Shown here piece by piece: positions 9,019 through 17,305 of a DNA stretch of 61,158 bases. Both the position numbers and the translations under genes were made by a program. Each line of letters starts with the position of its first letter. Positions within the stretch are counted from its first letter, which is position 1. This DNA comes from Opitutaceae bacterium (lineage in GTDB: Bacteria; Verrucomicrobiota; Verrucomicrobiia; Opitutales; Opitutaceae), in NCBI GenBank assembly GCA_035569995.1, contig DATMLS010000045.1, positions 1 through 61,158 of the forward strand. Reading direction: 5' to 3'. Under the pieces are notes generated by a model. The model saw only the letters and a list, made by a program, of their open reading frames with translations, made no database searches and was not told the origin of the DNA.

Positions 9019-10488
9019 ATGACCGCCCCCGCGCTAGTTCAGAAGCTATGGAATTACTGCAACATCCTGCGGGATGACGGGCTGTCTTATGGCGATTACG
9101 TCGAGCAACTTACGTTTCTGCTCTTCCTCAAGATGGCCGATGAGCAGAGCCGCGCGCCGTTCAATAAGCCGTCGCCCATCCCGAAGGGCTTCGGCTGGGA
9201 TGTGCTGGTGAAGATCGATGGCGATGATCTCGAAACACACTACCGTCACACGTTGGAGGAGCTCGGCAAGCGAGCCGGGATGCTCGGAATCATTTTCCGC
9301 AAGGCGCAGAACAAAATCCAAGACCCCGCCAAACTTCGCCGCCTCATCGCCGACCTGATCGACAAGGAAGAATGGTCCTCGCTCGAAGTCGATGTGAAGG
9401 GCGACGCCTATGAGGGCTTGCTCGAAAAGAACGCTGCCGACGTTAAGGGCGGTGCTGGCCAATACTTCACGCCTCGCGCACTCATCGCAGCAATGGTGGA
9501 CGTAATCGCCCCCCAGCCCGGCCAAACGATTTGCGATCCTGCCTGCGGCACTGGTGGCTTTCTCCTCGCCGCATACACGTATCTTTCCGATCCGAAAAAC
9601 AACCAACTCGACCGCGCACAAAAGAAAAAGCTCAAGACCGGCACGCTTTTCGGAATCGAGCTTGTGGACAGCGTCACGCGCCTCTGCGCGATGAACATGA
9701 TGCTGCACGGCATAGGCGGTGAGTCCGACACCATCGATCTGCCTGTCGTCACCAAGGACGCGCTTGCCGGCAAGCACGGCGAATATGATCTCGTCCTCGC
9801 CAATCCGCCCTTCGGAAAAAAGAGCAGCGTTACCATCACAAACGAAGAGGGCGAGGTCTCCAAGGAGTCGCTCGTCATCAACCGCGACGATTTCTGGGCG
9901 ACCACGAGCAACAAGCAGCTCAATTTCCTCCAGCACATCTTTACCATCCTCAAGCAGCACGGCCGAGCGGCCGTGGTATTGCCCGATAATGTTCTCTTCG
10001 AAGGTGGTGCTGGCGAGACCATCCGACGCCAGCTTCTCCAGCAAGCCGACGTCCACACGCTCCTTCGCCTGCCCACGGGAATTTTCTACGCGCAAGGCGT
10101 GAAAGCCAATGTGCTCTTCTTCGACCGTAAGCCCGCCGCCGACAAAAAGGCGTGGACGGAAAAACTTTGGATTTACGATCTCCGCACGAACAAACACTTC
10201 ACGCTCAAAGAAAATACGCTGAAGCGCACCGACCTCGACGACTTCGTGAAGTGCTTCAACGTCAAGGATCGCACGAAACGGAAGGAGTCCGAACGATTCA
10301 AAGCCTTCGCTTACGAAGAGCTCCTTAAGCGCGACAAAGTGAACCTGGACATCTTCTGGCTCAAGGATGACGCCCTTGAAGACAGTGCCAATCTACCCGC
10401 GCCTGGCATCATCGCCACCGACATCATCGCCGACCTCGAAGCCGCTCTGGAACAGTTTAGTGAAATAGAATCAGACCTGAAGGAGTAA
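9019..10488 (+). CDS. hsdM: type I R-M N6-adenine DNA methyltransferase subunit (HsdM)
   Basis: HsdM N-terminal helix domain. SAM-binding motif DPACGTGGFL. Catalytic motif LANPPFG. Confidence 0.9.
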   Translation: MTAPALVQKLWNYCNILRDDGLSYGDYVEQLTFLLFLKMADEQSRAPFNKPSPIPKGFGWDVLVKIDGDDLETHYRHTLEELGKRAGMLGIIFRKAQNKIQDPAKLRRLIADLIDKEEWSSLEVDVKGDAYEGLLEKNAADVKGGAGQYFTPRALIAAMVDVIAPQPGQTICDPACGTGGFLLAAYTYLSDPKNNQLDRAQKKKLKTGTLFGIELVDSVTRLCAMNMMLHGIGGESDTIDLPVVTKDALAGKHGEYDLVLANPPFGKKSSVTITNEEGEVSKESLVINRDDFWATTSNKQLNFLQHIFTILKQHGRAAVVLPDNVLFEGGAGETIRRQLLQQADVHTLLRLPTGIFYAQGVKANVLFFDRKPAADKKAWTEKLWIYDLRTNKHFTLKENTLKRTDLDDFVKCFNVKDRTKRKESERFKAFAYEELLKRDKVNLDIFWLKDDALEDSANLPAPGIIATDIIADLEAALEQFSEIESDLKE

Positions 10489-10494
10489 GCTAAC

Positions 10495-11109
10495 ATGTCC
10501 GACTTCTCCAATCTACCAGTCGATGAGCGCATCTTCTTAGACATTTGGGAGATTCCGGGCAACAGTGAGAAAATAATTCCAATCGACTTTTCTGACCCAA
10601 AAGAGGCAGCAATTTTTCAATCAATCACGTCGATAGCTAATCTTGCGATTGCATGTGACATGTTGTTCACGACGCTTGATCGGTCAGTGGCTACTGAGTT
10701 GGCAAAAGCGGTGGAGAGACGCATTTTGTCAGCTGTAGCGTTGTTTCCGTTCCGTTTTCCAGTGAACACGATTTTGAAACTGCCGTCAGAGCTAGATGCA
10801 TGGAAGGCTTGGAGTGGAAAACCAGCAGATGGAGTTCACTCCAATCTCGAAACGATACTAAATATTGTCTGGGCTCAGCGACTCGGCGATTATCAGACGG
10901 ACCTGATAACCAGCATGAAACTCTCGTTGGACAGTCGATTCAATGCATACGGCCCAGTCGTGTTTCTTACGAAACGTTATCTCTCTCATAAGACCGGAAT
11001 CCCAATTGATCCACAATCATGTTTTCCAGAAGTAGGATTGGAGCATTTCGCGCAGTACAACTATTATCTTATGGGTATTTTTCAGAGCGTGATGGCGTAT
11101 GCGAAATAG
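10495..11109 (+). CDS. hypothetical protein (204 aa), AT-rich
   Basis: ORF begins 6 nt after hsdM. Markedly lower GC than its neighbours. Confidence 0.5.
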   Translation: MSDFSNLPVDERIFLDIWEIPGNSEKIIPIDFSDPKEAAIFQSITSIANLAIACDMLFTTLDRSVATELAKAVERRILSAVALFPFRFPVNTILKLPSELDAWKAWSGKPADGVHSNLETILNIVWAQRLGDYQTDLITSMKLSLDSRFNAYGPVVFLTKRYLSHKTGIPIDPQSCFPEVGLEHFAQYNYYLMGIFQSVMAYAK

Positions 11110-11149
11110 GAACTGATTCCTCTCCGATAAGCCGAATCTAGAAACCCGG

Positions 11150-12058
11150 ATGAAAGCTCTCTCACCATCCTTCGTTGAACTAACTCAGGACGCCCTGTTG
11201 AAAGCCTTTTGGTTCAAGCCCAGCCTCCGTCTGTTTCTCCTACAGCATAACATCAGCGAGTCGGCGCTTGCCCAGTGGCATTCAGAGCAATCGAAACGGG
11301 AATACATCGGCTGGCTTTGGCCGCGGCTGGTGAAAAACGAGAAGGGGCAAAATGCGATTTTGTCGATGGCCCGATCCCTGGCAGAAATGAAGGACTTTCC
11401 AGATCTCGAACGGAAAGAGGATACGAAGCAACAAATCCAGGAGGCGAAACGAGCTGTCGCCCGACTGCGCGAAGCAGTCCTCGCAATCAATGAGACAATT
11501 TACGAGGGGAAGGAAGCGGAAAAGCGCCGGCGAATAGCGCAGGAAGCCACTGCCGCCCGACTCGCTTCACAGCAATCGCTTGAAAGACTTCAGGCCCGGC
11601 TTGCTGAACTCACGTCGCAATTGGGCACTACCGCGGGCGGCTACGCTTTCGAGGAGTGGTTCTACGATCTTGCGATTTATTTCGAACTGGATGCTCGACA
11701 GAGTTATAAGGCTGGCGGCCGGCAGATCGATGGAGCCCTTACAATTGAAGGAACGACGTTCCTTCTGGAGACAAAATTTACGAAAGAGATGATTAGCCCC
11801 GAGGCGATCGACTCGTTCATGGCCAAAATCCACGCAAAGGCTGACAACACGATGGGCTTCCTTGTGTCGATCGCGGGCTTCAACGAGGGAGCTATCCGAG
11901 CTGCATCGAAGGAGCGGACGCCAATGCTGCTTCTCGACCAAGGACATATTTTCAACTTGATCCTCCGTGGCATCATGACGCTTCCGCAGGTTGTGGCCCG
12001 AATCAAGCGGCACGCTTCTCAGACCGGTTCGGCGTATTTGGCCGCAACCGATTTTTAA
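11150..12058 (+). CDS. coiled-coil protein with a C-terminal Mrr-like restriction-endonuclease (PD-(D/E)xK) domain
   Basis: C-terminus YAFEEWFYDL...QIDGALTIEGTTFLLETKF matches the Mrr_cat pattern (D...ExK). Central region is a heptad-rich coiled coil. Confidence 0.6.
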   Translation: MKALSPSFVELTQDALLKAFWFKPSLRLFLLQHNISESALAQWHSEQSKREYIGWLWPRLVKNEKGQNAILSMARSLAEMKDFPDLERKEDTKQQIQEAKRAVARLREAVLAINETIYEGKEAEKRRRIAQEATAARLASQQSLERLQARLAELTSQLGTTAGGYAFEEWFYDLAIYFELDARQSYKAGGRQIDGALTIEGTTFLLETKFTKEMISPEAIDSFMAKIHAKADNTMGFLVSIAGFNEGAIRAASKERTPMLLLDQGHIFNLILRGIMTLPQVVARIKRHASQTGSAYLAATDF

Positions 12059-12455
12059 ACTCACAAAATTTGCTCCAAAACCTTACCTTCAATATTTTAC
12101 GAAATTGACGCTAAAAGAGGTTTGAAGGCGCTAGCCGACCGCCGCTCGTCTGACAGTGGGAGGCATGGAATTTGGATGTTATTGAAAATTCGAAGCTCGC
12201 TCCGCTCGTAATTGTTATAGCTCTGCCCCGTCCGTAGTCGCCCCATTGTATGGGCGGTCAAGGTAGTGCCTGCGGCCTCCACCACGCGCAAACATTCCAC
12301 TTCCCCCTCGTTGGTCCCGCAGCGGGACGCTGCCTCGGCGCTCCATCCAGCGCTTTGACTTTCGCCCATTCCGAGCGGGCGCTCAATCGGGCAGCACCCG
12401 CAATCACTCAACACGACGTTGAGAAAGGGTAACGCAGCTCGCGCGAGCGCTCACA

Positions 12456-12908
12456 ATGCGCGTTTATGAAGCTTCAATCAGCTACAACCTCGTCAAACTC
12501 GGCGAAAACCTGACAGTCAACACGCCGGCAAAGACCGTCGAATATCTTGAATCTGCATTCGCGGTCCACCCAATGCAGGAAGCTTTCTGGGTGATCCTGC
12601 TTGATCGGAAAAATCGCGCTTTAGGCCGCGTGATGATCTCTCTCGGAACACTGTCGAACACACTTGTGCATCCGCGCGAGGTCTTCAAACCAGCGTTTCT
12701 GGCCTCGGCTTCCGCGGTTATCGTTGCCCATAATCACCCGAGTGGTGATCCCGCGCCGAGCGCGGCGGACATCCAGGTCACGCGTCAACTGCGTGAGGCT
12801 GCAAAGATTCTCGACATAATCCTCATCGATCATGTCATCGTTGGGCATGCCGAGAGCGATCCCCTGGGCGTGGGTTATTACTCCTTTAGGGCGACGGGGC
12901 TCTTGTGA
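12456..12908 (+). CDS. radC: RadC-like JAB/MPN domain protein
   Basis: JAMM motif HNHPSGDPAPSAADIQVT and overall RadC architecture. RadC genes are common cargo of integrative elements. Confidence 0.85.
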   Translation: MRVYEASISYNLVKLGENLTVNTPAKTVEYLESAFAVHPMQEAFWVILLDRKNRALGRVMISLGTLSNTLVHPREVFKPAFLASASAVIVAHNHPSGDPAPSAADIQVTRQLREAAKILDIILIDHVIVGHAESDPLGVGYYSFRATGLL

Positions 12909-13149
12909 AGCCATTCTTTGCCGATTCGCGAAAACGCCTCGACTTTCCTATGCCAAGGCCAGACTAAAACCCATCGATGTCAGGTGTGGCGTCTGGTGCC
13001 GGTTCGCTTGGCCTTCTAAGTCAATGGCAGAACTATCTGTTTTGCACTTGCTTGGCTTTAATTCAACATCCAAGCATATCGGCTGTTTTGATAGTGCTTA
13101 CCAGCCCAGCTAGTCTTTCTCTAGGACAAAACCAGTCCGCCGCCAGCTA

Positions 13150-15114
13150 ATGGTCCTCCATCCATTTGCCGTTATTCGGCTACACCTCAGCCTCGCCGCG
13201 GTCGGCATTGGCCTAGCATTGACTAGTTGCCAACACGCCGTTCCTAAGCACGCGATGTTGCATCCACTTCCCATCACCGGCACTGGTCAGAATGATCAAC
13301 CGTCGTCACCTGCCGCTGGCAGCGGTGCCGACGAATCCGATCCGCACATATATTATATCGGATCTCAAAGCATCCTGACTTTTGATAAGCAGGGAACGCC
13401 AGGGGCTGGAACTCTTAATATTCCGGTTTATGGAAGTCATTTGTTCTCCACAATCCATAACAAAAATAATACCGATCAACCGCAAATAACCCTACAGATT
13501 ACAGGAACGGTGCCAATTTCCGAGGACGACTATGATTGGGACCGGTCTACGGATCTCACTGCACAGACTGAGGACGAGCAGTTAATCAAGATCCTGCCGT
13601 CCTATGTGAGTCGCCTCCACACCGGAGATCGGCTTGAAGTCGAAGTGGGCATTGGCAGGAGCTCGCAGGCGTACTATATGAGACGAACTTTCACGATGTA
13701 TGCTGTCGATGATTATCGCAAATTGTTGGCTGGGCGAGTGCCCATTGGCGACATAAATGCATTTCCCTTGCCTGATGAAGAGACGCGCTACCTTTTTGGC
13801 CCTACGATCACCAGTGAATACTACGTGGTGGAGCTAACTCTGAGGAATTCCGGTTCGCAAGACGAGCTGGTGAACATAGGGATGATTAGCGCCGATGGGA
13901 GCGCGATTGTTCAGCCGGATGGCACAGACAAGACACTCAAGCAGACCTATACGGTTCCAATTGAAATCCCGCCCCAGAGCCCCTTACAAGTATATGCAGT
14001 GCTTGACGGGCAGGGAGACAAACAATCACGTTCTTGGATTTTTCGAAGCCTTGAGTTCGTTGGGGCACTTGGCACTGCTGTGGTGACAAGCTACACTCAT
14101 ACGCCGGCAGATGTGGTCAAGGGTTTTACCCTTTTCACTGGAGTTGGCATTCCTGCCGGCGATAAGCTGTGGCCTGATCAATGGCCAAGATATAAGAGCA
14201 ATTTGGTCAACTTTAGCATGCCCGAATTGGTTAAAGTGCCCAAGCAATCAACGACCACCCCAAAATTCATATTCTTTTCCAAGAAGAATCTTGGGCTGTT
14301 AATATCTGATCCAACTTTGTTCAGAAATGGCTCCTGGTTTGGTCACCAATCGCTGGGTCCAATCAACGAAGCAACCTCCCCATCGGTACGTGTAGTCACC
14401 CTGGCCTTCGACAACCTCGACATTCCTTTTGAAATAATTACAAGCCCGGCGGTGGTCGATCTGCACGAAACCTTGAATCTCCTCCAGAGTGATTTGGCCT
14501 CTCATCTCGCACGCCTCCAAACAACGCAAAAACTGTGGAGCGCTGGCGCTCAATTCGCCGATGGCGTGGATTTCGCCACGCTCAAGGCGATCTCTCAAAA
14601 GCTTTCCGCTCTCCCCGGCAGAGATCCCTTGAAAGCCGTGCCCGAAACTGATGATCTGAAGCAGTCTGTTACCCAACTCAGCGTTCTAGCCGCTTACCTG
14701 GCGCAGGCCGGCAATCCCAAGAGCCCTTTGTTCACAAGCCTGCTCACGGACAAAAACCAACCCGTGGCAAGCTTGTCCGATTTGCTACCGCTACTCTCCG
14801 AAGTGAGTCTGCTTCAATTTCGCCTGTCTGCCGGCGCTGACGTCGGTCCCCTGCAGGAACGCGCGACGGCTATACAGAAGCAGGTGGACGCAAGTCGTGC
14901 TCTTTTTGAATTCCTAATGCAAGCGGCGACGATATTTGCGAGTCCAGATTTTACCAAAACGTTGGATAATTGGCCGACGAAAGCGGCGGATCTCAATAGC
15001 TCGTCCGCACATGATATGATGGTCACCGACTTTACCATCTTGCGCCGCGAGCGAACTTTCCAGGCATTACAAAATTTTGCGCCTGACGATTACAAGAAGA
15101 TAGTCGCTCCCTAG
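13150..15114 (+). CDS. large predicted lipoprotein of unknown function (654 aa)
   Basis: Signal peptide with a lipobox-like LALTSC. AT-rich relative to the rest of the window. Confidence 0.55.
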   Translation: MVLHPFAVIRLHLSLAAVGIGLALTSCQHAVPKHAMLHPLPITGTGQNDQPSSPAAGSGADESDPHIYYIGSQSILTFDKQGTPGAGTLNIPVYGSHLFSTIHNKNNTDQPQITLQITGTVPISEDDYDWDRSTDLTAQTEDEQLIKILPSYVSRLHTGDRLEVEVGIGRSSQAYYMRRTFTMYAVDDYRKLLAGRVPIGDINAFPLPDEETRYLFGPTITSEYYVVELTLRNSGSQDELVNIGMISADGSAIVQPDGTDKTLKQTYTVPIEIPPQSPLQVYAVLDGQGDKQSRSWIFRSLEFVGALGTAVVTSYTHTPADVVKGFTLFTGVGIPAGDKLWPDQWPRYKSNLVNFSMPELVKVPKQSTTTPKFIFFSKKNLGLLISDPTLFRNGSWFGHQSLGPINEATSPSVRVVTLAFDNLDIPFEIITSPAVVDLHETLNLLQSDLASHLARLQTTQKLWSAGAQFADGVDFATLKAISQKLSALPGRDPLKAVPETDDLKQSVTQLSVLAAYLAQAGNPKSPLFTSLLTDKNQPVASLSDLLPLLSEVSLLQFRLSAGADVGPLQERATAIQKQVDASRALFEFLMQAATIFASPDFTKTLDNWPTKAADLNSSSAHDMMVTDFTILRRERTFQALQNFAPDDYKKIVAP

Positions 15115-15237
15115 CTTCGCTAGCACACAGTTCAAGGTTTACGATATCAGCAATTCAGATAGGTAGAGCGCGTTGGCAGCCTGGCGGTTCCTTGCTGGGT
15201 GATAAATGAAGCTCGCATAAAATTAGGAACGCCCCGT

Positions 15238-15504
15238 TCAGGTCACGCGGGCCGATTCGATGAACGCGGCCACTTCGCTTTCATCGAAAAGCACAACGCG
15301 GCCGTTGATTTTATGACGATGAATGAATCCGGCATCGGCCCAACGGAAGATCGTTTTCGCGTGAACGCCGAGGCGGGCGGCAAGAGGCCGCGCTTTGCTG
15401 AATTTGCGTACGCTCGCTCCATCATGGACTCCAGTCGGTGCAGATGAGAAAGTTTGCTTGTTCATTGGTGTTTCCCGATTGGAACGTCGATAGGTAGAGT
15501 GCAT
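15238..15504 (-). CDS. AlpA/excisionase-family HTH DNA-binding protein (putative Xis/RDF)
   Basis: Small (88 aa) basic protein with an HTH (ARLGVHAKTIFRWADAGFIHRHKINGRVVLFDESEV), typical of AlpA/Xis. Lies within the integrated element. Confidence 0.7.
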   Translation of the reverse strand: MHSTYRRSNRETPMNKQTFSSAPTGVHDGASVRKFSKARPLAARLGVHAKTIFRWADAGFIHRHKINGRVVLFDESEVAAFIESARVT

Positions 15505-15615
15505 GACTACATTTTAGCAGGAATCCGATGCTTCCCTCGTCCTGTCGCGCCACTTTTTTATGAAGGGAGAAATGCAGTAGGGGAGCAGGGATGGACCAAT
15601 GGCGGGCGGCGCAGC

Positions 15616-15894
15616 CTAGGCCCGCGCGTTTTGGGCGAACCGGGCGACGACATCCTGGACAAGAGCCTGGTCCTTAGATGGCAGCTCGGTGCAGAACTGT
15701 TTCAAAACGGCATTGTCGTGGAGGGCGCGTTTGAGGACAACTGCCCCCAGCAGGAACTTGGCCCTAGCCTCAGCTTTGCGGCGGGCGGCGTTTTGCTGTG
15801 CGGCCATTGCCTTCAGCCGCCGTTCAATTAGTTCCCGTTTGGCCAGCAGCGATTCCAGGCGGGACGATTTTTCAGTGTCAGTTGTTTCGTTCAT
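15616..15894 (-). CDS. mobC: MobC-like mobilization accessory protein (internal Met start used)
   Basis: About 93 aa, basic and helical (RLESLLAKRELIERRLKAMAAQQNAARRKAEARAKFL). Divergent from mobA across the oriT-like region, as in RSF1010-type modules. The longer 145-aa ORF extension is probably non-coding. Confidence 0.5.
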   Translation of the reverse strand: MNETTDTEKSSRLESLLAKRELIERRLKAMAAQQNAARRKAEARAKFLLGAVVLKRALHDNAVLKQFCTELPSKDQALVQDVVARFAQNARA

Positions 15895-16057
15895 GGCCCC
15901 TATTATAGCAGCATTTTCCCCGCAAGCGGTGGAAAGGGCGTATGGGCGATTTGATTTTTTTTGTGGGCCGAGTCGCTCGGGTTTGACGCTGGCAGCATCG
16001 CCTTGCGATGCCTGTCGGCCTGACGGCCTCCCCGCGCCAAACCAAGAGCGCACTTAT

Positions 16058-16104
16058 GCAAACTCCGTCCGCTGCGCTCCCGGAGTTTGCACAAGTGCGG
16101 CCCT
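16058..16104 (+). promoter_or_regulatory. candidate oriT: 10-bp inverted repeat followed by a MOBQ-like nic-site sequence
   Basis: GCAAACTCCG-(13 nt)-CGGAGTTTGC is immediately followed by ACAAGTGCGGCCCT, which resembles the RSF1010 nick region GTAAGTGCG|CCCT. It lies between the divergent mobC and mobA genes. Confidence 0.5.
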
Positions 16105-16227
16105 GCGGGCGGCGCGTGCGCTGCGGCGCACGTCTGCCATTGGCGCAAGCGCCTTGCGTTGCGCAAAAAAGTTTCTCACCCGCGCACCCGCGGGAAGTCT
16201 CGGAAAGCTGCTAGACTATGGTCTAGC

Positions 16228-17280
16228 ATGAGAAACTCTTTTCATTTGAACATGGCCGCGCACTCGCGTTCGCACGGCCACAGCGCAGCGGCCAAAGTGG
16301 CCTACGTCACTGCAAGTCGCGGACGCGACGTGTGGGTTGGCAAGACCCACGATTATTCGCGGAAGAAGGGCGTCACGCGCTCGGCATGCGTAAATTACGA
16401 AGGCACGCCAAAAGAGTTGGCGCGCTTGATGGATACAACCGAAACGCGCCGAAACTCGACTGTTTGCCGGGAATTGATTTTTGCTCTTCCGCACGGATTG
16501 CCGGAGGAACAGCGCTGGGAACTTGCTTTCCGTCTCGGCGAGACAGTCGCCACGCGTTACGGCGTAGCCGGCGTTGTTGCATTGCACGAACCATCCGCCA
16601 AGGGCGACCGGAGAAATGACCACGCGCACATCGTCTTCTCTACGCGAAAAATAGAGGACGGCGAGCTCACTACGAAGACACGTGTGCTCGACGACCGAAA
16701 GACCGGCGCGGGTGAAGTGAAATGGCTGCGCGCTGAAAGCGCGCGACTGATAGGGGAAGCGCTCGCTGAGGTTGGACGCACCTTAGAGATCCCCGCGTGG
16801 GATCACCGCAGCTATGCCGACCGCGGAATTGATCAGCCAACAACGCGGCATGAAGGCGTGCGCGGTCGAGCACTCGCGCGCAAAGGCCGCGCCACAGTTT
16901 TTTCCCGAGACAACCAAGTAATACGCTCGGCCCTTGAGGAAACGAGAAAGTTAGAAAGCGAAATCGCAAATGAATACGTTAACAACATCATCGCAGCTCG
17001 CCGACCTACAAAAGGAAAACCACGAGCTGAAAGACACATTGAAGAACTTGCGCGAGAACCTAGCAAAGCTCGCGGGGGACAGCCCGTTCGTGAAAGTGGG
17101 ACCATGGCTCTTCCTCTTCACGGACATTCGGAGGATCAAAGCAAACGAGCAGGGCCGCCTGGACATACTCAACGAAACCGAGGCCTTCGGCGAGGTCTTG
17201 GTGCAAGACTTGGAAAACTTGGTCTCAGCGCACTATCGAAAGGCGCGAGAGAACTCGGACTAACACCTGACACGTTCTAA
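16228..17280 (+). CDS. mobA: MobA/MobL-family relaxase (MOBQ)
   Basis: N-terminus FHLNMAAHSRSHGHSAAAKVAYVTASRG matches the relaxase motif I region. Histidine triad motif NDHAHIVFSTR. The start is taken at the internal ATG at 16228; the upstream extension of ORF 16087 is improbable. Confidence 0.8.
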   Translation: MRNSFHLNMAAHSRSHGHSAAAKVAYVTASRGRDVWVGKTHDYSRKKGVTRSACVNYEGTPKELARLMDTTETRRNSTVCRELIFALPHGLPEEQRWELAFRLGETVATRYGVAGVVALHEPSAKGDRRNDHAHIVFSTRKIEDGELTTKTRVLDDRKTGAGEVKWLRAESARLIGEALAEVGRTLEIPAWDHRSYADRGIDQPTTRHEGVRGRALARKGRATVFSRDNQVIRSALEETRKLESEIANEYVNNIIAARRPTKGKPRAERHIEELAREPSKARGGQPVRESGTMALPLHGHSEDQSKRAGPPGHTQRNRGLRRGLGARLGKLGLSALSKGARELGLTPDTF

Positions 17281-17305
17281 GGGGCGGCGAGAATCCGCCC
17301 CTTAT

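Noticed and set aside
9046-10197. 383-aa ORF antisense to hsdM (and nested 9408..10076)
   Set aside because: Opposite strand of a gene with unambiguous methyltransferase motifs. A high-GC antisense artefact.
16087-16227. Upstream extension of the relaxase ORF (start at 16087)
   Set aside because: The extension runs through the oriT inverted repeat and palindrome. The relaxase motif I alignment begins at the Met at 16228.
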